A stretch of 64,000 nt of DNA from the IMG/VR virus record IMGVR_UViG_3300001525_000178, positions 6,176 to 70,175 of that record; one strand, 5' to 3'. Of the stretch, positions 37,998 through 47,242 are shown one piece after another. The position numbers were made by a program, and so were the translations under genes. Each line of letters opens with the position of its first letter. Within the stretch, counting starts at the first letter, position 1. The DNA comes from a virus. Taxonomy: Duplodnaviria > Caudoviricetes. A model generated the notes under the pieces. It was given only the letters and a program-made list of their open reading frames with translations. It did not search any database and was not told where the DNA came from.

Positions 37998-38162
37998 TTA
38001 AAATCCTTTAAATCTAAAAATAAAATAAAATGCTTTTATCTTTTCTGTCCATTTGTCCCAAAAGAAAAATCTTGGAAGTTCTTCGTGATGAAATCCTTTT
38101 TCTTTTTTATTTTGATTTGCTTTGTCTGCCATTTCTTGTGGCGTATTTAACTTTATATGCAT
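37998..38162 (-). CDS. Small hypothetical protein (not in the ORF track)
   Basis: Manual: MHIKLNTPQEMADKANQNKKEKGFHHEELPRFFFWDKWTEKIKAFYFIFRFKGF. Confidence 0.35.
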   Translation of the reverse strand: MHIKLNTPQEMADKANQNKKEKGFHHEELPRFFFWDKWTEKIKAFYFIFRFKGF

Positions 38163-38167
38163 GATAT

Positions 38168-38594
38168 TTATGGTTTATTAAAGTTTGTTCCTATTCTTCT
38201 ATACATGCATAGATATACCCTTACACTTACATTAGTTACACCTCGCCCCTTAACTTTAACAAGCAACCTTCTGTTTACATCTACTTGAACAATGTATGTC
38301 ATATTGCTAGTATTCCAGTTAGTACCGTCTCGACCATTATAAAATTCTCCAACACACGTATATGCTTCACCGTCGTCTGGTAATACTAATGATAAATCTA
38401 AAGTATAAGTACTACCCTCTTTTGCAGTAGTCGTCTCAAGTAGTTTATATCTATTTTTCCCCCCCCTCCCAGCCGTATGCGTCAAAATATTTATACGTAC
38501 TTGCTGAAACATTATTGAAATCACGGTCTGCTTTATCATTTAATTGTTCTGACCAAATATTAAGGTCTGTATTTATATCTTTATCTTCTGCCAT
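38168..38594 (-). CDS. Short fibre-tip paralog, frameshifted at a G8 tract (OFF state as assembled)
   Basis: ATG 38594 MAEDKDINTDL...EGGEK-stop; removing one G at 38459-38466 joins YTLDLS.VLPDDG...YRRIGTN, homologous to the C-terminus of 39070-40977. Confidence 0.8.
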
Positions 38595-38596
38595 GT

Positions 38597-39052
38597 TTAT
38601 GTCCTCGCTTGTAATTCATCTTGTGTAATTTCGCCATTTGCAAACTTAAATAGATTATCAAGTTGTTCGCTTGTTACACTTAATTGACTAGCCATTTGGT
38701 CAAGCAATGGGTTCTTTCTTTGCAGTTCAACACATAAATCCCATTCTAATTGTGCTTGTTCGTCTTGTGCAATTAATTCTTTTAAACTTGTATATGAAAC
38801 ACCGAATTGTTGCAACACAAGTGCAAAAACACGCTTTGTACAAGTTAGATTTCCAACACGTTCTGTTTCTCGTTGGATTAATATATTATCCCATTCTGGA
38901 TTTAATACAATTTCACCGTCTTGGTAAATATATTTTTCATATTCATAATCTTCAAATAAATCTTCCTCTACAGGAATGTTAGTAATGTTTAAACACTTTG
39001 CTTGTCCTTTACCAACAATTTCATTATTTTCTACAAAAATATAATAAGACAT
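38597..39052 (-). CDS. Tail fibre assembly/chaperone-like protein
   Basis: Directly downstream of the fibre; RKNPLLDQMASQLSVTSEQLDNLF motif. Confidence 0.6.
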   Translation of the reverse strand: MSYYIFVENNEIVGKGQAKCLNITNIPVEEDLFEDYEYEKYIYQDGEIVLNPEWDNILIQRETERVGNLTCTKRVFALVLQQFGVSYTSLKELIAQDEQAQLEWDLCVELQRKNPLLDQMASQLSVTSEQLDNLFKFANGEITQDELQART

Positions 39053-39069
39053 ATTTTCTGTTCCTTTCC

Positions 39070-40977
39070 TTATCTATTTGTTCCTAATCGACGATATTTT
39101 GAAAGAAGAATATCACATTTTTGTGGGCTATATGCAGAAATACTAAGATGTAATGTACGATTAGTGTCTACAATAGCACAACCTTCAGCATATCCTTGTT
39201 GAAAATTAGTACCATCAGCGTCAAATCTCATTGTTCTGTAATAAGTAGGATTAGTTGCAGAGGGGTTATATGCTTTGTCATAAAGTAGGCATACTGTGTT
39301 AGTTCCAGAACTATCAGAACGTGCTACAGAACCACATACCCACACCTCATAATCATAACCGTCGTTTGGCAACCAAGTAGACAAATCTAATGTATATTCA
39401 CCAATTGCGGTAAAACTAAAAAACTTAGCAGTTGGAAAAACCCATTGTCCATCAAATCTTTTAGCACCTGTACTTGAGATGTTATTGCAATCGAAATCTA
39501 CCTTTGAATTGAGTTGTTCTGCATTTAATCCAGCAGTTTGTTCAATTGCGTCTTGTGTATAATCGCCTACATAGAAGTATAGATACATTTGACTTGCTCG
39601 TTGTTGTACAGGTGCGTTGTCTTTGTAGGTTGATGACGATTTGTTAGCCGAAAAAGAAACTTTTTTATATCGATTATTTTCGCCACTAGAGGGGCTATTA
39701 GAAACAGTTGATAAAGAAAAAGCCCCAGACGCAGTACTTGAAGAAGGTCCGCAATGTACGGTTGAAATACTACCAGTAATATTCGGTAAACTTTCAGTTA
39801 CATATCCGCCAACAGTATCACGCAAGCCTACAAAACCATATTTTGTTCTTGGCAATTTAAAACGTGTATTTGCCGTGTCTAAAACATAATACCAAGCAAC
39901 GCCTGTATTTGTATATTGTTGCAACGCATATTGTTCTTGGTCTGCGTCTAAAATGATAAAACCATTGCTTGATGTATGTGCAAACGTACCATTCCACACA
40001 GTACCAATTGAACAATTTGGAATATTAAATGTACCCAAGAATGGATATGTGCTACCAGTATTTAAACCAAATCGAACAGCTTGCGAACCACCATTTGCTA
40101 ATGTTGTGCTTGCGATTGTAATTTCAGTTGTTGTAGTTGCACTTTCGTCACTCAAATTTGTTAATTCAAGCGTATAGTTTGTTCCATCGTAATCTAAAAT
40201 TAATTTATAATTTGTGCTTGGTGTTAAAACGGTTGTACCAACAACTGTACCGTCTGCGATATCGTTCGCTGTACCGTTTGATGATAAATGTAAAGTTAAT
40301 TTACTATCTGTATTAATACCAATATTTACGCAATAGTTTGTACCAACAACTTGTTGTTGTGTTGTTACATCTGAACCTGTTGTAAAATCAAATACCATTG
40401 GAAACATTGTTTCTTTTGTAGTACCAATATTTACAGTCTTTGATATATAATTTGAAGTAGAAAAACCGCTTGCAATACCTTTATCTGATACAGCAATTGT
40501 TCCTTGTTTATCTGCATTAATTGTAACTTTTGCGTTTACATCATTCCATTCGCTAAGAATTTTATTATAAGAAGATGTATAAACTTCACCACTTTGCCAA
40601 GAAAAAGTATCTGCACGTAAAAAACGAACATCATTCAATTTATGGTCATACCAATTAAACGATAATAAAGGTGGTGCATAAGCTGAACGCCAAGTAGCGT
40701 CTGTACCGTCTGAATATAGATATTTTCCAGCTTGCCCTGTTTGTGCGGGCAACGATGAAACGTCACCCCAAGAAGGATTTTGTCCGTCGGTTGTTAAGAA
40801 TTGTCCAGAATGTCCTGTTTGTGAAGGTAAATTTGAAGGTACTATTTCAGCTACATATTCAGCCATTTGTTCCATTGTAACTTTTTTATCTATATCACTA
40901 TCAGAAACGTCTGTCATGATTAAAATATCATCTGGTGACAATTCTGTTGCTTGTTTTTTATCGTTAAATCTAACCAT
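39070..40977 (-). CDS. Long tail fibre protein
   Basis: LPSQTGHSGQFLTTDG repeats, beta-sandwich middle, ESLPNITG, variable C-terminal tip. Confidence 0.85.
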   Translation of the reverse strand: MVRFNDKKQATELSPDDILIMTDVSDSDIDKKVTMEQMAEYVAEIVPSNLPSQTGHSGQFLTTDGQNPSWGDVSSLPAQTGQAGKYLYSDGTDATWRSAYAPPLLSFNWYDHKLNDVRFLRADTFSWQSGEVYTSSYNKILSEWNDVNAKVTINADKQGTIAVSDKGIASGFSTSNYISKTVNIGTTKETMFPMVFDFTTGSDVTTQQQVVGTNYCVNIGINTDSKLTLHLSSNGTANDIADGTVVGTTVLTPSTNYKLILDYDGTNYTLELTNLSDESATTTTEITIASTTLANGGSQAVRFGLNTGSTYPFLGTFNIPNCSIGTVWNGTFAHTSSNGFIILDADQEQYALQQYTNTGVAWYYVLDTANTRFKLPRTKYGFVGLRDTVGGYVTESLPNITGSISTVHCGPSSSTASGAFSLSTVSNSPSSGENNRYKKVSFSANKSSSTYKDNAPVQQRASQMYLYFYVGDYTQDAIEQTAGLNAEQLNSKVDFDCNNISSTGAKRFDGQWVFPTAKFFSFTAIGEYTLDLSTWLPNDGYDYEVWVCGSVARSDSSGTNTVCLLYDKAYNPSATNPTYYRTMRFDADGTNFQQGYAEGCAIVDTNRTLHLSISAYSPQKCDILLSKYRRLGTNR

Positions 40978-42149
40978 TATAAAAATCTAACTCCACTATT
41001 TGTTCCGACAGTATATTCTTGCAATCTGTCGTATACGATTTGTTGATTTGTTGTATTATCTGTAATTAAAAGGTCGTACATTGCACCGCTATTGTAGAAT
41101 GAAGCGCCAGCATTTCCTAGAAAGATTTTATTTCCAGAACTAAATTCTACTTCGCTATCAACGGTTTGTTGTGCAACCAATAAACCATTTACGTATAAAG
41201 ACCAAGTATTGCCTGTTTTATCTACAACAACTTGATTTCTTTCGTTATAATGAACAGCGTTATTACCCTTTAACAAAAGACTGTAATCACCGTCAACATA
41301 ATCATCTTCTAGTTCATCTGTATAAAAATTTACAAGTGTTTCATCTGAATATCGGCTTGGCGTAGTTTTTACATAAACACCGTCATCTTTGTTATATTTT
41401 ATAACCAAATCAGCCACATATTCGTTTCCAAACATTGGCGCAATGCCCAATAAACCCGTATCAACAGTTGAAGGCATTGTATCTGGAACAAATGAAAAAC
41501 TTATTCTAAAATCATGACTTCCGTCAATTTCTTTATTATATTGAATAAAAGCGTCGTTCTTGAAAATATTATATAAAGTATGGCAGTAGGCATGATTGAT
41601 TGATACACCAACAGGCATAATTGATTTTATAATCTCAACTGCATTTTTAAATGTAATTGGATTTCTACCATACATGTGAATTTCGTCAATTCCAGCTGGA
41701 TAATCTTCTGAAATTCTTACCAAACTTACGTTAAATAAAAGTTTGATTGCCCTTTTTAATTCGGCAAAACTTGCGTTTGTATAGTTTTGAATGATTTTTG
41801 AACGAATTGCACTTCTATATGCTTCGGTATTTAATGTACCAATACTATATGTACCAAATTGACCAGCGCCAAAACCTTCATCAGTTGTACCGCCAAAAGT
41901 AAAAGCACCAGAAACCAATTTAGCATATTCATATTCTTTTGATTGTCCTACTTTTCTTCCAAGATAATCCAACCACACGCCGTCTGCATAACCAATATCT
42001 AAAGCCCATAGCAATTGCCATAAAACATCTTCAATATATTGATATCTTTTGCCAGAATATTGTGATAAATTATATATATCTGGAATGTTAAGTAAATAAG
42101 GAATGACAACCGAATTTGCTAATTCGTTATGATTTCTTATCTGTAACAT
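40977..42149 (-). CDS. Baseplate wedge protein (DUF2612-like)
   Basis: ADGVWLDYLGRKVG, FTFGG, YRSAIRSKIIQNY. Confidence 0.75.
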   Translation of the reverse strand: MLQIRNHNELANSVVIPYLLNIPDIYNLSQYSGKRYQYIEDVLWQLLWALDIGYADGVWLDYLGRKVGQSKEYEYAKLVSGAFTFGGTTDEGFGAGQFGTYSIGTLNTEAYRSAIRSKIIQNYTNASFAELKRAIKLLFNVSLVRISEDYPAGIDEIHMYGRNPITFKNAVEIIKSIMPVGVSINHAYCHTLYNIFKNDAFIQYNKEIDGSHDFRISFSFVPDTMPSTVDTGLLGIAPMFGNEYVADLVIKYNKDDGVYVKTTPSRYSDETLVNFYTDELEDDYVDGDYSLLLKGNNAVHYNERNQVVVDKTGNTWSLYVNGLLVAQQTVDSEVEFSSGNKIFLGNAGASFYNSGAMYDLLITDNTTNQQIVYDRLQEYTVGTNSGVRFL

Positions 42150-42167
42150 ATTTATCTCTTATCTATA

Positions 42168-43349
42168 TTATACTTGTTGACTTGGTGTCAAAGTAATATT
42201 GTCAGTTAATAATCTTGCAACTTCACGTTTTGCAATTACAACCTTATCAGCCCATTTTGTTTCATCTTCTGAATTTTTCTTGGCTTGGAATGTTGTTACG
42301 TTTAAAATCTTTGGATATTTTTGCAATATGCAATACATGTTATAAACGTAAACATCTTCGCCAATATCTAAGCTGTCAAAATAGGCAATTAAATCGCTTT
42401 TTAAATCGTCTGTCCAAGATGTATCTTCATTCAAATCTTTTACTTGATATGCAATTTTTAAATCGCATTGAACAGGTGTTGGTCTTGTAAAACCGATTGT
42501 AATTGTATCACCATCTTCATCTTGAATGTCAACAGTTGTTGTTCCGTATGCTTGAATACCAACAGGTCTTTTTGTGAAGATTGCGTCTGCAATTAAATTA
42601 TCATCACCACCAGCAACAACTGTTTCAAATGCTTTTGCTGGAATACCGTCTTTTGTTTGCATTGTGTCATTTTCATACACTTTTGCATATTGAACATTTT
42701 GAACAACACGAACAGCACTTTCAATCGAATTTTTTACGCTTGTAGCTTGTCCTTGCAATAGTAAATAACGTCTTGCACGTAACTGAACATCTGTTTCACG
42801 ATATGAACCTGTTACTTGCGCTTTTTCTTGATTATAAACAACTGATGTAATTCCGATTGAAGGTGTTTTTAATTCGTAATCAGATAACGCTTGAAATTCA
42901 ATCGGTCCATAAGATGTTGCTTGGAATTGTGCAACGGCTGTACCATCAGAACCAATCGTAAATGCTTCGCTATTTGTCAACCATTCATCTGTTTTTGTAT
43001 CAACCAATGTGATTTCGCCAATAGATTTTGATATGCCAGCGATACCATTAATTGTAAAATAACAAGTTGTTTTGCTTGGTTTTAAACGCTCAATTCCGTT
43101 TAAAACGCAAATAAAATCCAACCACATACCTGTTGCTTGGTCTGGGTCAAGTTGCATTGCGATGAATAAAACAAGTTCTTGAATTGCTAATTCTCTATCA
43201 GCGTCTGCAAGTTGCAAATTTCCAACAGGGTCATCTGCTGAAATTACAAAATCATCTTCGTAAAATTCACGTAAATCTTGTTCTCTTTCGTCTAATATTT
43301 CGTTTAAATTTTGGGTAATAATACCGTTTTTATCAAATTGTATTGGCAT
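42168..43349 (-). CDS. Baseplate J-like protein
   Basis: LDPDQATGMWLD, ETDVQLRARR, VYENDT, GIPAKAFETVVAGG, PVGIQAYG. Confidence 0.9.
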   Translation of the reverse strand: MPIQFDKNGIITQNLNEILDEREQDLREFYEDDFVISADDPVGNLQLADADRELAIQELVLFIAMQLDPDQATGMWLDFICVLNGIERLKPSKTTCYFTINGIAGISKSIGEITLVDTKTDEWLTNSEAFTIGSDGTAVAQFQATSYGPIEFQALSDYELKTPSIGITSVVYNQEKAQVTGSYRETDVQLRARRYLLLQGQATSVKNSIESAVRVVQNVQYAKVYENDTMQTKDGIPAKAFETVVAGGDDNLIADAIFTKRPVGIQAYGTTTVDIQDEDGDTITIGFTRPTPVQCDLKIAYQVKDLNEDTSWTDDLKSDLIAYFDSLDIGEDVYVYNMYCILQKYPKILNVTTFQAKKNSEDETKWADKVVIAKREVARLLTDNITLTPSQQV

Positions 43350-43355
43350 TATATA

Positions 43356-43703
43356 TTAATATCCTATTACTGTATCGGTTATAATAAAATTTTGTCCATT
43401 AATTACAACGGTTACATCTGCAATATATTCAAAATTATTATAACTGTCTTTTTGTTTTCTTAATTTTAATGATGTGATACGGTCAATTCCTTCAACATTT
43501 TGAATTGCACGTCTTAAATCCAATTCCATCATTAATTGATTGCCCCAACAATAATCGTAATTGATACCAATTGTTTCATCAAGCAACCAATCCTTTAACC
43601 AAATATGAACTGCAATTCTTGCGCTTTGCAATACCCTGTCAGTTCTTACGCAATATTGGTTTAAAAGTTTTTTATTTTCAAAATCAATTTTTATACTTTT
43701 CAT
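43356..43703 (-). CDS. Baseplate wedge subunit (gp25/gp46-like)
   Basis: WLKDWLLDETIGINY, IQNVEGI; position between spike and J. Confidence 0.65.
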   Translation of the reverse strand: MKSIKIDFENKKLLNQYCVRTDRVLQSARIAVHIWLKDWLLDETIGINYDYCWGNQLMMELDLRRAIQNVEGIDRITSLKLRKQKDSYNNFEYIADVTVVINGQNFIITDTVIGY

Positions 43704-43720
43704 TTTATTCTATCTTATTC

Positions 43721-43760
43721 ACATATTATGTTATATGTTTATTTTTTACAAATTGACAAC
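43721..43760 (-). promoter_or_regulatory. Candidate late promoter (copy 1 of 3)
   Basis: Minus strand GTTGTCAA-N13-AACATATAAC-ATAA-TATGT upstream of the baseplate operon. Confidence 0.65.
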
Positions 43761-43765
43761 AAAAT

Positions 43766-44518
43766 CTATTGTGGTGGTGTTGTATCTCTGCCTTCTGCGT
43801 CTTTATGTGTATGTGAAGCCCCAGATTTGCCACCAGATATACAATCGGTTGCTGTAACTGTACCAGATGAAATTGTATTTCCTGTTTGCGTTAAGTTACC
43901 TGTTTGCGTAATATTTCCTGTAATTTCAATATCTGACGTTAACTTTGTTTTTGTTGCATTTATTTCAATTTGTGGAATTTCAGCAATCATTTTTGGTGCA
44001 TTTACAATCAACTCATCGTTTTCGTTTACTTTAAAAGTAAATTGTCCGTTTTTTGTTCCAATTACGATTTTTGAATTTACATCAAAAGAAAATAGTTTGT
44101 TATCTGGTAAAAATCCGTTCGTGAATAAACCATAATTCAAACTATGCCATTCTTCTTCTTCTGTATAAGAATAAATGCCTGTCGTAACAACATCACTTAC
44201 ATCGCTATCAAAAAATTCAATTGTTCCTGTATCACCTTTTTGGATTGGAAGTCGTATATACGCTTTTCCACTGTCCATTGGTTGTCTAATTGGAACATTT
44301 GGAATTATTGGATATTCTACAAGATTTCCTTGTTGGTCGCTTGTATAATCTAATATTTGAACAGATACTTCGTTTCCACCATTATTTACTTCGACTACTT
44401 TGCATGGAAGTTGAACTTTTATTTCCTCTTTTGTATCATTTAATCGATTAAACAATATTGATGGTAAATCATCAAAATTTGTATATTGTCCATATTTTTG
44501 TTCCCAACTTCTTGGCAT
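43766..44518 (-). CDS. Baseplate central spike (Gp138/gp45-like)
   Basis: LPCKVV, PIIPNVPI, PIQKGDTG, H..NYGLF, terminal SGASHTH. Confidence 0.85.
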   Translation of the reverse strand: MPRSWEQKYGQYTNFDDLPSILFNRLNDTKEEIKVQLPCKVVEVNNGGNEVSVQILDYTSDQQGNLVEYPIIPNVPIRQPMDSGKAYIRLPIQKGDTGTIEFFDSDVSDVVTTGIYSYTEEEEWHSLNYGLFTNGFLPDNKLFSFDVNSKIVIGTKNGQFTFKVNENDELIVNAPKMIAEIPQIEINATKTKLTSDIEITGNITQTGNLTQTGNTISSGTVTATDCISGGKSGASHTHKDAEGRDTTPPQ

Positions 44519-44729
44519 TGTTTTGACTACTATCTCCTATTATAAAGAAAAATATCAGACAAGAACAAAATAAAAGCGATTTAAGGCGTGTTAAAATATG
44601 TCTTGGATAGATTATACCTAAAATTAATTTAAACGTCCTTAAAAGCCATTCTGACTTGTCTGATATAGAGAAGATGATAAATAAGTTTGATACTTATTTT
44701 GTATTTATATTACATTTTATATTATTTTT

Positions 44730-45650
44730 CTAATTTGCTGGCACAGGTGCTTGCAATTCAATTTGTGTTGTAAAGTTTTCACCAAATGTATCAACAATAT
44801 GTTTTACTTTTGATACAGGATAAAATCCTTTAACTACTTTAAAATCACATTTAACATAATTTTCTGGATTTAAAGAAGGCATTAAAGGACCTTCAAGATT
44901 TATCTTATTTTCTGTATCTTCTTCTGGTTTTGTACAATATGTACCGTCAAGTAAAATACAATAATCGTCTGATTTTGAACCGTCTTTTACAATGGTTAAT
45001 ACATTATTTTGAACTGATACACGACAACCACCAACAGCGCAATATTTGTTCAAAAGACTTAATAAATCACCAAATACAACCTGTCCTTTTGGATATGTTT
45101 TATTATTTACTTTGTCTACACGCCCAATTGGAAGTCCACGACCTTTGCATTGTGTAATCAAATCGTCGACAATCTTTTGAAGTGTTATTTGACCAGAATA
45201 CGAATTTTTATATCCACCTTTAAGGAAGAAATCATTTTTTCCATCTTCAAGTTCAATAACTGTTGCAATATCTGCACCATCACCTTCTTGTCGAACTGCT
45301 GGTTCATTATAGTGTGGCGTTTGTGCTTTTACTTTACGTAATTTACCTTTTTTTGTATATTTTGATTGTGGCTTTGCTTTTCTTCTTTTCTTTGTTTGTC
45401 GAAGATTACCTTGAAACATCAAAACATAATCGTCTGTGTACAAACATTTAAGAAAAACACGAACATCATTTGCTTTGTCTTTGATTAGGTTATAAGTGGT
45501 GTCTGCAATATTATATAATTCAATAGTTGCTGTGTTAAAGTCGCTTTTTGTTGATTTTTCACACTCAAAAGCAATATCAGCGTCTTCAATTACAATATCA
45601 GCACCTAATATTTCTAATTTAATTTTAACTTCAAAATTATTTATTGCCAT
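44730..45650 (-). CDS. Baseplate hub protein
   Basis: IAFECEKS...NTATIELYNI, MFQGNL, DIATVIELEDG. Confidence 0.75.
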   Translation of the reverse strand: MAINNFEVKIKLEILGADIVIEDADIAFECEKSTKSDFNTATIELYNIADTTYNLIKDKANDVRVFLKCLYTDDYVLMFQGNLRQTKKRRKAKPQSKYTKKGKLRKVKAQTPHYNEPAVRQEGDGADIATVIELEDGKNDFFLKGGYKNSYSGQITLQKIVDDLITQCKGRGLPIGRVDKVNNKTYPKGQVVFGDLLSLLNKYCAVGGCRVSVQNNVLTIVKDGSKSDDYCILLDGTYCTKPEEDTENKINLEGPLMPSLNPENYVKCDFKVVKGFYPVSKVKHIVDTFGENFTTQIELQAPVPAN

Positions 45651-45985
45651 TATTCGTCACTATCTAATTCGACATAATTAAGTTCAAAATCAGTATTGAA
45701 AGATGTTTGTGTGTATTCTTCTGTATTCGTATCTTTTGAATATAATATCAAACTTGCGTTCCAACCTTCATAATCCGTATAAGCCGAAACGTCATGTCCA
45801 TAAACTAATGATTGGTTTTTACACACATATTTTGTTACGCCATCATTAATTGTATAAACAGACAAAAATACAAGTTCTGCCCTTATATTCCAACGATATT
45901 CAAAATAATATTTTGTATCGCCAATTACTGTTGGAACAACAATATATGGTGTTTCTGATATATTTGGTAAATTTATTGTATACAT
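45650..45985 (-). CDS. Small baseplate protein
   Basis: IGDTKYYFEYRWNIR motif; position. Confidence 0.65.
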   Translation of the reverse strand: MYTINLPNISETPYIVVPTVIGDTKYYFEYRWNIRAELVFLSVYTINDGVTKYVCKNQSLVYGHDVSAYTDYEGWNASLILYSKDTNTEEYTQTSFNTDFELNYVELDSDE

Positions 45986-45991
45986 TATATA

Positions 45992-47242
45992 TTATCTACC
46001 CAATGCTTGATTTTCTTTATACCAAACTTCTACGTCTTTATTATAGCCATATTTTTTAAGCTGTTGATTATAAGTGCCTTTTTTAGATATGCTAGAACTT
46101 CCATTAGAACTTCTATCCATATCACGCAAATCTTTATAATCTTTCAATATTTCGTTTATCTTTTTATTATTTGTTTTGCTTGTCGCATTTGAATTGCTTG
46201 TACGTTGTGCGGTTGATGTTTTTGTTTGGTTATTTTTTGTTGATGTTGCAGTTTTTGTTTGTCTTGTTTTTGTTGAACCGCTTGCACCAACCATGCTATA
46301 TTGACTTTTGTCAAGTTTTTGCATTTTAATCTTCCATTCTGGAATTTTTGTAATGCTTAAATCAACTGTCAAACTATTCTTACCTTCTGTTGATAGTTGT
46401 ACGTTTGAAAACATACAATGTTCGTAAACACGATTTTCTTGAATATCAGCGTCACAAACGTAAACATCAAAAGTATACTTATCTTGCCAAATATTATACA
46501 ACATATCTCTGGTTGCATACATATTTAGACCTTCAATTGTTTTGTCATTAATTAATACTGTGAAATCTTTTTCTAAATTATCATTTTGAACAGAAGTTAC
46601 AATATCAAAACCTTTTTCAGTTTTCTTGCTTGGAAGTGAACTTGACCAAGTTTCTTTATCGCTTGTACACAAAGGTAGACGAACAATAATTGCGTCACTG
46701 GCAGTACTAAGAATATTCATGATATCGCTATCATTTACTTTTTGTTCACCAATATTTTGCTTTTTTGTTAATTTATTTTTTAAAGAATTTCCAAATTTTG
46801 CAACGTTTTGTGCAGACAATGGTGGACTGTTTGGATTAATAGCGTTTGATAAAGCAGTTGCACTTGGAAAACCCATATCAATTGCTACTTCGTCGATTGA
46901 ATTTGTAATGCTTCCCCAAACGTCTTCCCAAACAGCAGTAGAAGTCAGTCTACCTGTCGAAATAATGTCTGATATGCTTGATGTAATTCTTCCAATTACT
47001 GGGGTTGAAATAGACGAATTGCTTAATAAACTTCTAGCAATATCACTATTCCAACCAGCGTCCAAAACACGTAAGGTAGAACCTAACGGATTACTCCCAG
47101 ACATAATATTAGCCATATTGGCACGAACGTCCATTGGATAATCAGCAACTTTTACTTGTGCTTCACCCTTATTGGCTACAATTACTATATAACTGTCGTT
47201 TCCTATATTAATACTTTGTGTCATTATTTTTACGTGGTCCAT
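45992..47242 (-). CDS. Tail tube initiator/Dit-like baseplate protein
   Basis: Follows the tape measure; SSSLPSKKTEKGFDIVTSVQN motif; T/S-rich linker. Confidence 0.55.
   Translation of the reverse strand: MDHVKIMTQSINIGNDSYIVIVANKGEAQVKVADYPMDVRANMANIMSGSNPLGSTLRVLDAGWNSDIARSLLSNSSISTPVIGRITSSISDIISTGRLTSTAVWEDVWGSITNSIDEVAIDMGFPSATALSNAINPNSPPLSAQNVAKFGNSLKNKLTKKQNIGEQKVNDSDIMNILSTASDAIIVRLPLCTSDKETWSSSLPSKKTEKGFDIVTSVQNDNLEKDFTVLINDKTIEGLNMYATRDMLYNIWQDKYTFDVYVCDADIQENRVYEHCMFSNVQLSTEGKNSLTVDLSITKIPEWKIKMQKLDKSQYSMVGASGSTKTRQTKTATSTKNNQTKTSTAQRTSNSNATSKTNNKKINEILKDYKDLRDMDRSSNGSSSISKKGTYNQQLKKYGYNKDVEVWYKENQALGR

Noticed and set aside
43728-44135. Long plus-strand ORFs (for example 43728-44135, 46626-47141, 32399-32896, 56007-56342)
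   Set aside because: Antisense shadows of well-supported minus-strand genes
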